From: Octopus sinensis
Lineage: Eukaryota
NCBI RefSeq assembly: GCF_006345805.1
Contig: NC_042998.1
Location: 161,138,001 to 161,202,000 of the forward strand
Direction: 5' to 3'
Length of the DNA: 64,000 bases
Shown: positions 26,745-41,000 of the stretch, piece after piece
Numbering within the stretch: the stretch's first letter is position 1
Layout: each line of letters begins with the position of its first letter
Made by a program: the position numbers and the translations under genes
The notes under the pieces: generated by a model
Told to the model about the DNA's origin: nothing
Database searches by the model: none
What the model saw: only the letters and a program-made list of their open reading frames with translations

Positions 26745-27950
26745 TGCTGTGTCTAGTTGTTTAGTTGAGTTGAATATACTGTATTTTTGCATTCTATTGG
26801 GTTGTTATAATTTAGTTTTGGTTTATATTTCTTAATAAACATATTTCCCTTATTTGATTGGAACTGCAATGTGATGTTCCAGATACACTTATATAAAGGG
26901 GAAATTTGGTATTTAGGATATTTGCTTGTTGGACAAAGAGCCACATGATTACATAGAGATATTTTTCTTGTACTGAGGCCTTGTATCTTTTGACAGTGGA
27001 CCATCATTCTGTGTTTCAGTGTTAATCTCATTTGTCCTATGCAGTCTTCCTTATACCCTTTGTATTTGACAACATAAGTTAAATTCCTTGATGCACAAAT
27101 GAAATGATACATTATGGAAAATGGTTGTCTGGATTTAAATTCATATGTCAAGCTCTCAATGAGGTTGATGTAGATTCCTCAATAAGAGCAATTACACTTT
27201 TGGATTATTGCAGTTGTAATTTTGTAATTTGACACTAGCAAGTAATTTTTTAAAGACTGGTGTCTTTTATTTGTAATTATTTTGTGCATTTTGAGTGCCT
27301 TTTCCCTTTGTAAGTTGTTCATCAAAAGTGAGTATTGTATGCTTCCATACTTCTTGGAGTGTGTGTTGTGATATAAATTAAAGTATTGAGTAAATCAAGG
27401 ATGTTTCTTCCTTTTTGTAATTCTTGGGTGTCTATCACTTTTGCATGTGCTATTCCATTGTTGTTTAAAGTTACTGTGAATTGTCTTTTGAGTAATATTC
27501 TTTTAATCTCCTAAAGCAAATTTTTCTCAGGTATAAGATAGAGCTAATTACCTTTCTCAATAGTATACAACTTGATACCTGCAGCAGACTGCAAACCATT
27601 AACCAAAATTTAAAAGATTTAGTAGAGATAGTTCCTCCACAAAATGAGGTTCTTAAACTTTTATTATTTTGGAAAATAAACAGTCCTCATGATCCCTTTT
27701 TTAATACCTTTTCAAACATCTGATGCTTTTCTTAGGGATGTTGTTCTCAGCTTTTGTTTGTAATAAATACTGCATTGTAGCTTATTCTGGAATATATTTA
27801 TGGATTTTCTACATCGTATCAAATATTTCAAAAGTAAAGCATTTTGTCTTCACATTCCTTTCAGAATTGTCTTATTTCTTCTTTGAGTGTATTTTCATTC
27901 CTGCCATGTAATAGGCAGATATGGAAAGTGATCAGCTGAAATATTTGGGT
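26745..27950 (-). mobile_element. Penelope-like element relic with a GIY-YIG endonuclease
   Basis: ORF 26753-27151 FICASRNLTYVVKYKGYKEDCIGQMRLTLKHRMMVH...MFIKKYKPKLN matches the PLE consensus (FtC.S.NLIY.I.C..C...YIGQT...L..R...H). Upstream are a decayed Cys-rich linker and RT thumb region. The left boundary abuts HINE copy 2; the right boundary is approximate. Confidence 0.8.
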
Positions 27951-28399
27951 AAGCCCATCTCTAAATTTTGTCTCAAGATGCACAAAACCAAATCTGGTTT
28001 TAGGCATCCTGTATCTTGTATATGACATTGCATCTGGTATCTGTTATATGTTATCTGCATCCAGTGTTATGGTATATGATAACTGGTCCCTGATATCTAA
28101 TATTTCACACCTGGCATCTGATATCTAGAATCTAGCATTTAGCATCTTGCATATAGCAACTGGTATATGGCATCTGGTATTTAGAAACATGCATGAATAA
28201 GTTGTCATTAAAAGAATATATTTTACTTGTCTTAGATCATTGGATTATCTAGTTATTCTGTTCGAAACAGTGACTTAGATATACAGACATTACACACACA
28301 AGCACACGTAAATATAGATGTGTGCATGAGTGAGCATTTGAATATGTATGTATCATTATCATCATCATCGTTTAATGTCCACCTTTCATGCAAGCATGG

Positions 28400-28446
<47 letters not shown>

Positions 28447-28554
28447 TTATATGTGTGTATATGTATGTATGCATATATACATATGCATAAATATACGTAT
28501 TATATTTTTCCAGATGAAAATACTTCTTCCGTTGAGGCTATTATTCCCTAGGTT

Positions 28555-28595
<41 letters not shown>

Positions 28596-29746
28596 AACAC
28601 GTATCACACACATATATGTATATATATGTATATTCATTTATTATACACATATATAAATATACACACACATGTATTTAAGTATGTATACATGTGTGGTGTT
28701 ATTGTTAACATTACCAATATAACTACAGATGCAACCAAACACACAAATGTATGTATAGTTATAGCAGTTATATCTATAAAGATCACAGTTACTAAAATGC
28801 AAAAAAAAAGTATCCCATCATTGCACAAAGATAGATGTAGCAGAAAATTCTTCTAAAATGTAAAAGTTATGGTGGGTAAAAAGTAGTCATTTCTGAGAGT
28901 GAATTCAACTGTGAGGTCATATTTTTAAAAACTATATTATATAAAACATTCCAATTACATATAGCTGATGTTGATATAATAAATTAATCAAACAAATAGA
29001 TTTTTTTTTTTGTATTTCTGTTTTTTAAATATCATCATCAATATATTTTTGAATTAGTCAGCAGCAAAAGGTCACTGCTGTATATATAATGTCGAAATAA
29101 ATTAAATTTCAGTTAAAAATCATATATTCTGCTAGAATGTCAAAAATAAAAGAAGCTTTTAACATATTCATTTAATCTTTGAACAGAGTATTGAAATTAT
29201 TGTCCAAGTAATGCAATAAAATCTTTATGTTATTTATAATTGAGAATGCTATTGTCCTAAAGACAGTTCATGGTTTGTACATTAAATGTTGTTCTGCTAA
29301 AAGATTTTTGCTGAATGAAAAATAAAAAAAAAAAGAAAAGGAAGAATTATAAAAAAAGAAGAAAAAGCCATGTCTTTTACAAGACCTATTTCACAACTTC
29401 AAAGTCACTCATGGTTTGTTTTGAACTTATTCCAACACAAAGACTCTGTTTTATTTCACTAAAAAGAAAATTAAAGTAAGTTAAATTGCCTATGTTGTTA
29501 AAGCAGTAATTCTATTATTTTTCTTTTGTGTGTGTATGTATATATATATATATGTACAAATACACACACACACACAAACACACGCACACAAACAAACAAA
29601 CAAACACTCACACATATACACACATACAAATTTTATATGTATGTATAATGCTTTTATAGACAGTTAGGTACACACACAATCACACTCATGCATACATACA
29701 CAAATCAATACTGGGAATTGTGTATATCTCTACAAAGACACAATTC

Positions 29747-29816
<70 letters not shown>

Positions 29817-29913
29817 AAAAGTATGTATATCTGCAAGTAGGTATATACATAAATATATATGTATGTACATGTATTTCATGTCTTCCTGCATACACACACA
29901 CAAACATGCACAT

Positions 29914-29956
<43 letters not shown>

Positions 29957-31257
29957 TAGTAAAATTATCTATATGTGTATATTAATATGTTCATACAGAT
30001 ACACATGTGTGTGTCTGTATGTACACACACACATGCATGCACACACACACACACACACAGACAAATATATATATATAGATAGATAGATAGATAGACAGAT
30101 TGATAGATATAATGGCATAGACTAGTTTGATGAATGTGAGGATTAAGTCTGTATATGGAAATGGATTCTTCAATAAATTCAAACACAATTCTTTTTCAGG
30201 CATAAAAGTATTATTTTCTTCCTATTTTCTAAAATATTTAATTCCAATGAACTTCATTTGATGATAGAAAATTTTTATTCCTCGTAAACACAAAATAACC
30301 AAGTGAATGAAGTACTAGACTGAGCTAAATAATCATCTTTCAACAGTTCAAATCTTATGCAAGAAAATTAATGAAGTTTCTGCTGGTCTTCTTTTGAATG
30401 GCAGTGTCCTAGCATGGTTACAGCTTTGGGTTGGAACCTCATAATCATCATCATAACTTAAAGTCCATTTTCCATGCTGGCATGGTTGGTCGGTTTGACT
30501 GGAACTAGTATGGTAGGGTCACACCAGGCTACATTGTCTGTCGTAGCATGATTTCTGTGGTTGGATGCCCTTCCTAATGTCAACCACTCCACAGAGTCCA
30601 CTGGATGCGTTTTAAGTGACACCAGCACCAGAGCTTTTAACATGACACCAGAATGAATGCTTTTTATGTGGCACTAACACCAGTATCAATTCTGCTGTGG
30701 CAGATGGGTTTTCTTGAGTACAGCAATATGCCAGATATATTGGTCCTTAGTCATCTTCTTTGTCCAGCTCAGTGTCTTGAAATTGGCCTTCAGTACTTCA
30801 TCCAATGTCTTCCTGAGTCTACCTCTTCCACAAGTTCCATCCATTTTAAGTGATTGATATGGTCTACTTACTTTAATTGTTATTGTTCTTTAATTCAAGC
30901 TTATCTGTGATTTACCAGATCAATAATAAAATATGTCTCCTTAGTATTCAACCTGCTATTTTCTCTCCAAATGTAATATATCTTGACGTAGATTGTCTAA
31001 CAAATCAATTTTTAAGAAGGCAAGTTGTTATTTGACAGTGAGTGGGATTGGCTGCTATTACTAGCAAGTTGAAGAACTACACGAAGGGACTGTGTGAAAT
31101 GATAAAGCAGTTCTTATGGGAATATTGGTTTCAAATTTTGGCACAAAACCAGCAATTTCAGGGATGGGTTGTGGGAATATTACCTATGATAGATCGACTC
31201 TAAATTAACCAGTGGTAGATCTATCTTTTGCTTTTCTATTGGGGACTCAGATATTTA

Positions 31258-31672
<415 letters not shown>

Positions 31673-31945
31673 TATATATATATAAAATTAAATAATAAGG
31701 GTAGAAATTGATATTAATCAATTAAAACCAGTGGCTTAGCAAATTTTAAAAAATCCGAAGATTAAAAATTGTGTTACATACAGAATTTAGAGGACTGATT
31801 ACCAAAGTGGACAGTCTGTATGCTAAACATAAACTTCAAATCGCCATTACTACGAAGAATGTGTTCTCAAGAAAAATCTCAGCAAAAAACCAAAATTTAA
31901 AAATAAGCAAGACAAATGAAAATATACGAAATAAAAAATGATTAC

Positions 31946-32019
31946 CTATGTACCATTGGTTTCATTTGTTAATATTTACGTATATGAACACACAAATATC
32001 TGCAAGATCGTCAGCATAG
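31946..32019 (-). ncRNA. Type I hammerhead ribozyme fold in a probable Penelope-like 3' pLTR (element ~31685-32187)
   Basis: Minus strand: perfect stem I CUAUG/CAUAG, core CUGACGA, extended stem II (imperfect at its base), GAA, stem III ACC-AAU-GGU and a GUA cleavage triplet. Upstream sequence resembles a decayed GIY-YIG C-terminus. Confidence 0.75.
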
Positions 32020-32184
32020 TCTGTTGTTTACAAAACATAATTTCCAGAACTAATCACAGAACGCTCAACTGAAATCTAGTATGTATAAAGTTCTACAAAT
32101 TATATTTAGGTGTATCTTTCAAATGCTTTCACTTTGGTGTGCTGAGATTGGAAATTACTCTGTAGTTAATAAATTCTAGCAGCC

Positions 32185-32236
<52 letters not shown>

Positions 32237-32759
32237 GTGTGCTAAGAGAATTACTTCTCAACCACATGGTTCCAGGTTCAGTACCAATGGGTGGAACCTT
32301 GGGCAAATGTCTTCTGTTCTGTTAGAGGCTTGAGCTGACCAAAATCTTGTCAGTAGATTTAGTAGATGGAAACTGAGGCTCTAGTCGAAGACACTCATCC
32401 AAAGTGTCATGTAGTGGGACTGAACCCGGAACCATGTATGTATATGTATATGCATGTATGTGTATGTGTGTGTGTGTGTTTTGCTTAACAACTGGTATCA
32501 ATCTATGTTTACATCCTCGTAACATAGATTTTTTGGCAAAAGAGACTGATAAAATAAGTATCAGGCTTTAAAAAATAAGTACTTGGGTTGATTCATTCAG
32601 CTAAAAATAAGATTCTTCAAGGTGGTGACACATCATAGCCACAATCTAATGACTAAATCAGGTAAAAGATTAAAAAAATATATGTGTGTGTGTGATGGTA
32701 TCTGTGTTTGTCTACCACTACTGCTTGACAACCAGTGTTGGTGTGTTTGCATATATATA

Positions 32760-33525
32760 TAAGGTGTGATCAATAAGTATCCGGACTGTTGCCATAGTAA
32801 AGAAGCTAAAGCACACAGAGTGAAGCTGCTTGGCAAAGATTGACCTTGAAATTTGCTGTGCATGTGCACTAAGTTTTAACATTCTAGCTCGCTTCTGCTG
32901 TTCACAGCAGTGCTTGGAAGGATCATCACATTGACCATGACAGAGAAAGTTGTCATGATGATACCTACACAAAGTTGCAGAAAATGTATGGAGAGGAGTG
33001 TATGAGCCATACACAAGTGTATGAGTAGGTCAGATGTTTCCAAGATGGCCGAAAATTATGTCGATATTGATGAACATTTTGGAAGACCCACAACCAGCAG
33101 ACCTGAAAAAAAGATTCACAGATGTGTGTGCAGGTATGAGGAGAAATCGTCAAATCACCACCCATGAGTTATCAAAGGATGTGCAGATTAGTTATGGTTC
33201 AGTTCAGTCTATTATCACTGAAGATTGAGGTACATGATGTGTGTCCGCCAAGTTTGTGTCAAAACTGCTATCAGCTGACCAAAAGGACACTCGGGTTTCA
33301 GTTGCACAAGATCTCCTTGATTGTGTCGTGAACAATAAAAAATTTTTGAAAAGTTTGCATAGGCCTCAGAGCAGGTATCTCCAAATTTTTGGCAAAATTT
33401 GATGCAGATTCTCTGCCCAACTTTCTCTGTCATGGTCAATGTGATGGCCACACACTACATATGTTCATTCCAAGCACTACTGTAAACAGTACAGGTGAGC
33501 TAGAATGTTAAAATTTAGTGTGCCT
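32760..33525 (+). mobile_element. Truncated mariner (DD34D-type N-terminus) with an inverted duplicate of its own 5' region
   Basis: TIR-like (ta)aggtgtgatcaataagtatcc; frames KMYGEECMSHTQVYE, GRPTTS and AKFVSKLLSADQKDTRV; 33350-33522 on the minus strand reads MTEKVGQRICIKFCQKFGDTCSEAY. Confidence 0.8.
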
Positions 33526-36500
33526 GAAATAAATTCCATTTGAGCACTGGGGTCAGAGTAATCAACTTGCCCAACTAGCTCAAAATTGCTGGCCTTGTGA
33601 CAAAATTTGAAACCATCACATATAGCTTTGTGTGGTCAAATTATCTACATGTATATCATGTATCTTAATATACATACATGCATATATATATATATATATA
33701 TAATCACACACATACATACATACATACATACATATATACATACATACATACATACATACATACATACATACACACAAACATACATACATACATACATGCA
33801 TACATACATGTGTGCATGTGTGTGTATATATATATATATATATACACATACACACATATTTATGTATGCATATGCACACGTAAGGAACATTCATCATTGA
33901 TCAATAATTTTCCCATGTGATAGTGAGGTCAATAACTCAAATGAGCATTTTCTATTAATTTGCAAATCTTGTGGTAACTATGTTGTATTTTGTTCAGGCA
34001 TAATCTGTCTACAGACTCACTCCTTTACTTTTATCTTTTCCCTATTTTTCCCAATGAGATCATAAGGAAAGTAATGGCAGTTGTGATGGTGGGACAGTAG
34101 TAATCATCATCATCATCATCATCATCACCATGGTTTGGTTTCTTTGAACCATTAGTTCACTGGGTTTTTTTTAATAAAATGTCTTAACCATTGGAGAAAT
34201 CACAATTGTAAGGGCACAGGTTTGACTTCTCAGTTGAGTAGTACATTTGTGTCCTTGAGCAAGGCACTTCATTTCATGTTGCTTCAGTTCACTCATCAGC
34301 AAAGTTTAACCTCAACAGCATCAAGGGTTAAACTTTGCAACAGACAGTGTTCCATCTAGTGGGGAGCATTTCTGATCATATAGATCAAATGATATTCTAT
34401 TAAGTATGAAATGATATCCTATGTGCCATAAGCCATTTATCATTTCTGTGCTGCCCTACACTTCCCGTAATGCCTTATGCGTGTGCTTATTTTGCTCAGT
34501 GGTTAATCCAGCATTGTGTTTATGTTCACCCTGGACATCTGCAAGAAACTGAAATAAGCTGCAGTCCAATGGTCCAATGAGAATATGTGGAAGGGATGGA
34601 GAAAGAATCTTTAGACATCGGACCTCAAAGCAGGGATGACAAGAGACTGAGACTTCTGGCAGTTTGCTATGCTGGAGAAGACACTTTAAGCTAAGTAAAA
34701 TTGCATGCAGGAAATGTTCCCTACATCTCTCTTCACCTTAATGATCCTAATCTCATGGGCTCATGTAAAAAACACCCATGCCAGTGCCATGTAAAAGCAC
34801 CTGTACTGGTGCCACATACAAGCATCCAATACACACTGTAAAGTGGTTGGCATTAAGAAGGGCATCCAGCCATAGAAATCATGCCAAAAACAGACATGGA
34901 GCCCAGGCATCTCTTCAGCTGACCAGCCCCTGATTGACTTTCCAACCATGGCAAATAGACATTAAATGATAATGATGATGAAAATATTTTTATATTTGCT
35001 AAAATGAAACAAAACTAACAGTAAGATAGAAAATAATATTTATTTTTGCATACTTTTACTTATATATATTTAATAAGTTTTCTCATACATTTTTTTAATG
35101 GCAAAGATTATGATCAGAACTTCACTATGACACCATGAATACTTTGAAATTATATTTCTGATCATATAAACCACTTCAAATGATATTCTATTAACTATAA
35201 AATGATATCTTTTGTGCCATAAACCATTTATCATTTCTGTGCTGCCCCACCCTTCCTGTAATGCCTTAAGCATGTGCTTATTTTGCTTGGTGGTTAATCC
35301 AGCATTGTGTCTATATTCAACCTGGACATCTGCAAGTCGATGTCTAGAGAAAAAGAGCACAAAGAGAGGGTGCAGTAATTCCAGAGGGTTGATGTTCTGG
35401 GATGAAGGATTAGGTAAAGTGAGTAGATGCAGCTGACTGAAGGGATAAGTTTATGGTTTCTTACGTAAAGAACTTGCATTTTATCATTGCCATCATGTTA
35501 CAATTTTTTTTCATAGTTATTTAGAACCAGACCAGACAAAAATGAACAGGAAAATGGATGAGGATCAAAGAATGAAGCTCATTGTAACCCAACAAAAAAA
35601 AAAACCCTAAAAACTGATGAGTTTTTCTGATGAGATTACAGTTTGGTAATTTTGATGCGATTATAGTTTGGTAATGGTAATTGCTTGGCAGCTGGAAGGA
35701 GCAACATTGGATTACAAATGATTATAAATGTTATCAACCTGGAAATTGCTTCTAATTCATCACACCACCAGCATCACCATCATCATTGTCATCATCTTCC
35801 TTATTGTCGGCATTGTCGTCATCGTCATCATCATCATCATTGTTTAGCATCCACTTTTGAATGGTTGCATGGGTCAGACAGAATATGAATATGTATCAAA
35901 AATGTCAAAACTAAATTTTGCTGCATGAAAATCAGATTTGTTAATTGCTTCATCAACTAAGTTTTACAATTAAAACCATGCAAGTTTTGAAGGACTTGTT
36001 CTCCCCTTAAGGGGTTTGAATACCTTTGATTACCGGCTGATGTCAATGATCTGCTAGAAATACCAACCAAATCTCACCTAAAAACTACTACAACCTACCA
36101 TCACTAAAGTAAAAACAAAACATTAGATAAGATAGGGTGGGGTACAAAATGACTGGAAAAAAAGACAAGATGGTCATGGTTAGAATGCTTTTGATCACAG
36201 GCTGGTATAAGGTTAAACAATAAACAACAACTTCAAACTTAGTTCACATAGATCAAACTCTGAAATTCTGCTGCTTAGCTTTATTTATCATTGTATATTA
36301 AAATAGTCTCCTTATTGGGAATTAAATGCAAACAAACCTTTTGATTGTCATTCAGTCGGCCTTTTAGCCTACCAACAATATAGGCTGATTAAACTGTAGC
36401 AGCAATCATAGATTTCAATAATAAGTATAACTAAGCAATAAATTTCACAGAAAAACAGTGCTCATCACTGAATGATTACAATTGTTTCATAAGTTAATTT

Positions 36501-37332
36501 TATTGTCAAGAGAACTCTATAATTGTTTTCCTGCTAGTGTTATAATGTCTAATTCGTTTTCCTTTTACCTATGGGATGTTCTGTTCTTCCTTGATATTCT
36601 TCATTTCTATCTAATTTTACTGGAATCAATATTTTTAAAACACGTATTTCTCTCTCTCTCTCTCTCCCTCTTTCTCTCTCTGTCTGTCTATTTCTTTCTC
36701 TCTCTGTCTATCTATCTCTTTCTCTTTTGATTTTCCTCTCTTCCTTTCCCATCTCCTTCATTGAATTGCCAATTATTTTTATACTCCAATGTTAAAACAT
36801 TTTGTCAGCCACAACACTGCTTCTCTCAAAAGTAATTATATCTTTTATTTAATAAATCAACTGAGGTAGATCCACCAGAGTTCACAAGCATCATAACATG
36901 CCTATCATTTAATTAATAGTTCTTGTTTGTCAAATGTATAAATATCTATGCTTATGTTCTTTCCTGTGTAAATGTCGGTCTGTATTTGTGTGAATGAACA
37001 GGGGTGTAATGTGTGTTGGGAATTGAAAATATAGATAGATAAATAGATTGTAAGGTTAAGAGAAAGAGAGGGAGAGAGAGAGAGACAGAAAAGAGAGGAG
37101 AAAGAGGGTAGGGTAGAGAAGTGTGATTGTGTCTATATGTTCATATGCATTTATGTGTGTACTTTTATTTGTTTTCTTATTTATTAGTTGAAATAATAAG
37201 CCAACTTGTATATGATTCATGTATCAATATAAATTTATAGTTGCATATAATATATAAATATATATGGCGATACACCTCCACAAACATACAACTCACATGC
37301 ATAGATACAGACACACTTACATACTCATCACA

Positions 37333-37380
<48 letters not shown>

Positions 37381-38392
37381 CAGACACACATCACACATTA
37401 CATTACATACATATATGATGTAAAACTGTATATGTATATAAGAGCACAGTCATAAAAATATACACAGGACAATTTAATCTGAGCATATGTTTACCGAATA
37501 TTTTTTATATGTATTTTAAATATGTATTAATATGCATACATACATACATATACATATACATACATACATATATATATTTATATATATATATGCATATATA
37601 TGTTTGTGTATGTATGTATGTATGTGTGTATAGGAAGGTGTATATATATGTGGGTATGTATATATATTTATGTGTATATGTCTGTAAACACACACAAACA
37701 TGCGTGCATGCACACACACACACACATTTTCTCCAAATATTCACTATTAGTTATTTATTTTGTTGAAAGATAAGCGTCTTTTTGTTCGTCACTTTGATGT
37801 AAATGAATAAAACTTATGGCAACTATTATTGCACTGAAGCTAACAAATATTTATAAATGCCGAGAGGAGAAAGAATAAAATAACAACAACAATTATATTG
37901 GTAATTGAGATTCATTTAAGTATAAACAATAAATGCATAAATAAATACATGAAATCCCCATTTGCATTATGAATTCTACAGTTATATTCATATTTTATCT
38001 TCTGATAATAAAAATTCAAGTAGCTATATCATATTTAAAAATCATTGTTTCATTTTTAAATTATTTCAGTGAAAATGAATCAGAATAGATTGCTTTTATA
38101 ATAAATAAGAAATAATAGAATAAAAAACAGGGGAAAAAAATTCAACAGTTATAAAATACAAAAAAAGAAGAAAGCAAAAAAGACAGGAAACTTTGATATA
38201 TTTCTATTCAGTGGGAAAACCCTATATTTTGTTGTTTGTTTGTTATTATTTTATTAAGTGTGCATTTGTCTGTGTGTAACTTTACCTATCTGTTCACCTA
38301 CTTGTATGCACACGCAAATATATATGATATATGCAAGTATGTATGTGTATATATGTATATATATATATATACAAGTATATATATCTATATAT

Positions 38393-38432
<40 letters not shown>

Positions 38433-38659
38433 GCATGTATGAATTTATATAAATATTATGTGTATGACTGTATATGTGTCTCCGAGTGTGTATATTTAGA
38501 TTATACTCTCTTACACACATATATATGCAATATATGCATAATACTATGTATATATGATATATGCATATCTATATCTGTTCAGGTGCATATATATATATGT
38601 ATATATATGTGTGTGTGTGTGAAATATTAATATAAATGTATATGAATTTGTTTTTGCAG

Positions 38660-38699
<40 letters not shown>

Positions 38700-38752
38700 G
38701 GAAATGTGTAGGGGGTGTATGTACATGTGCATGTATGATGGTGGATGTGTGG

Positions 38753-38800
<48 letters not shown>

Positions 38801-40699
38801 ATATGTATATAAATAAAGCAAGTTCAGCAGACAAGATAATTATATTCTTTTATGTACTTATCCTTGGCATAATTTTCATAATCTAATAAAATATTGAGAT
38901 TAAAAATAAAGGAGAAAAATGTAATTTTCAATCTGTTTTATTGATGCTAAAAGGAGTGTAAAATAAGCAGCAGTTTATACTCGTATTTACTTTCTATATT
39001 TGTATTTCCCTTTCAGACAGTGTCTATGGCCTCTTACTGCTTATCGTAATGCTTAAAGGATTAGTTAAATTTTTTGCTTGAAAAACCTATCAACTAAGGG
39101 TTCCATAATCCCTAAAATCTTCCATAAACTCATTATGTGTTATGGTATACAGTTCTTTTTTAATTAATTATAAAAATGTGAAGTGGGATTTTGTGTTGCA
39201 TTTGACTGAAAGTTACTAGAAATGTTAGGCCAAGCAAATTTTCATGACCTTATATAAGTGACATAGCATGATGGTGCATGGCTTAGTATTCAACTAATGA
39301 GCATATGGTCACCAGTTCAATTCCTAGTGATACATTGTATACCTGAGCAAGACACTTTATTTCACATTGCTCCAGTCCACTCAACTGGCAAAAATGAGTT
39401 CTACCTGTATTTCAAAGGGCCAGTCTTGTCATACTCTGTGTCATGCTGATTCTCCCTGAGAACTATATTAAGGGTATACAAGTTGGTGGAGTGTTCAGCC
39501 ACTTGCAAGTTAATTTCACAAGCAGGCTGTTCCATTGCTCAGCTCAACCGTAACCCTCGTCATATTTGACAGAGTGCCAGTCAGGTGACACAGCTAAAAC
39601 TTCACCCCAAAGACTAGATTTTTCTTCAGGCTTCAAAAATACTGCAGTTATTGGTCAACTGCCGAATTCTTTCTCTCTACAAAGTTTAATATGATGCACG
39701 GTGAAGTACTGCTCATTTATCTTGGGATAAAACTGTTGGTACACACAAGTATGTTTGACTGCATTCCTCAAAAAAAGAAAAAAAGGTATGATTGGCGAAT
39801 GCCCGTTCACCATCATTCTATAATATTTAATCACAGATGTAATCACATTCTCTCTCTGTTTTTGTGTGTGTGTATACCTGTCTGTCTCTCTTCCTATCTA
39901 TCTGCCTATCTATCTACCTCATCTATCATAACTGCAACATATTTTTCTACTCCAAACAAGCATAGTTGCATAGTAGACCCGTGTTTCATATCTTAGTCCT
40001 TCTGCTTAAAATTAAGCTCAATCCTTCTGGTATTCTTCCATTGCTGAAGTTCACTAATGGGTGGTCAAGTGGAACATCATTTCTGTCAATGCATTATTGC
40101 CAAATATTCCACAAATGTCATACTTTACTCTTCACTTCCTGTAAGTATACATTTGCAATACAATAACCATAAGATAATTCTCAACAAAATAAAATAGCAG
40201 TCAATATTGTTTAGCCACAAGTTAGCCCAGAATCAACACACAATAACTGGGAGGTAACACAGATCATTCAGGCCATGATCTTCCAATTTTCTTTCCAGAA
40301 TGGTGTATCTCAGAATGTATCATCCTATGCATCTTTTAAAAAGTGCTACTGTGTTTTCTGGGAAATTTGAGCAGTATTTTCTAGTAAATTGGGTTACTAT
40401 ATAGATGGTTCTTTTCTTGGTAACAAAAGATCTATTCAGCTAAAACTCTAGAAATTACAGATAAAGCAAAATATAAGCACTTTTATGATGATCTAAACCA
40501 GCAAACACAGAATAAGTAAATGTAAATTAATTTTAAAAAAGAGAAATGAATTTGAAAATGAAACTTTAAAATAATAAAGTTAACATTCATTGTTTCAAAT
40601 TTCCTGAATTTATTCTGACATTTTAAAAATATATAAAGTACTCAGTGGAAGAAATATAGTTGTCGTTACCTTTAGAGTCCTCTCTAGATTACTGAGATT

Positions 40700-41000
40700 T
40701 ATAGAGGCTATTAATATTCAGTCTTGGACATCTATAGAAAAAACATGGGCAGATGAGGTAATTCTAGTAAGTTGAAGTACTAGTGACAAAAGACTGGGAA
40801 GGATCTTGAGTAATAAGTGTGAAATGAGGTTGGGTGTGCTTGAATGGAGAGGCTATGCAGTTAACGAGTTGAGAAGAGCAGATGCTATTCTCGTTGTGGT
40901 AATACAAGTGGCAAAGAAAACAAACTAAGCAACTGTGAAATAGCTACTGGTTGCAGCAATTAGGGGAATAAAGTTAGTGGAGTTGACAATTGCGGTAGAG
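40700..41000 (-). mobile_element. Decayed CR1/L2-type LINE 3' end
   Basis: Minus strand resembles YSRSF.PRT..LWN.LP..VFP...D.Q.FK..IN. Similar weaker relics at ~49430-49670 and ~62930-63180. Confidence 0.45.

Noticed and set aside
37805-37860. YGNYYCTEANKY resembling an Ig I-set motif
   Set aside because: Bounded by stops within 18 codons and lacks splice sites.
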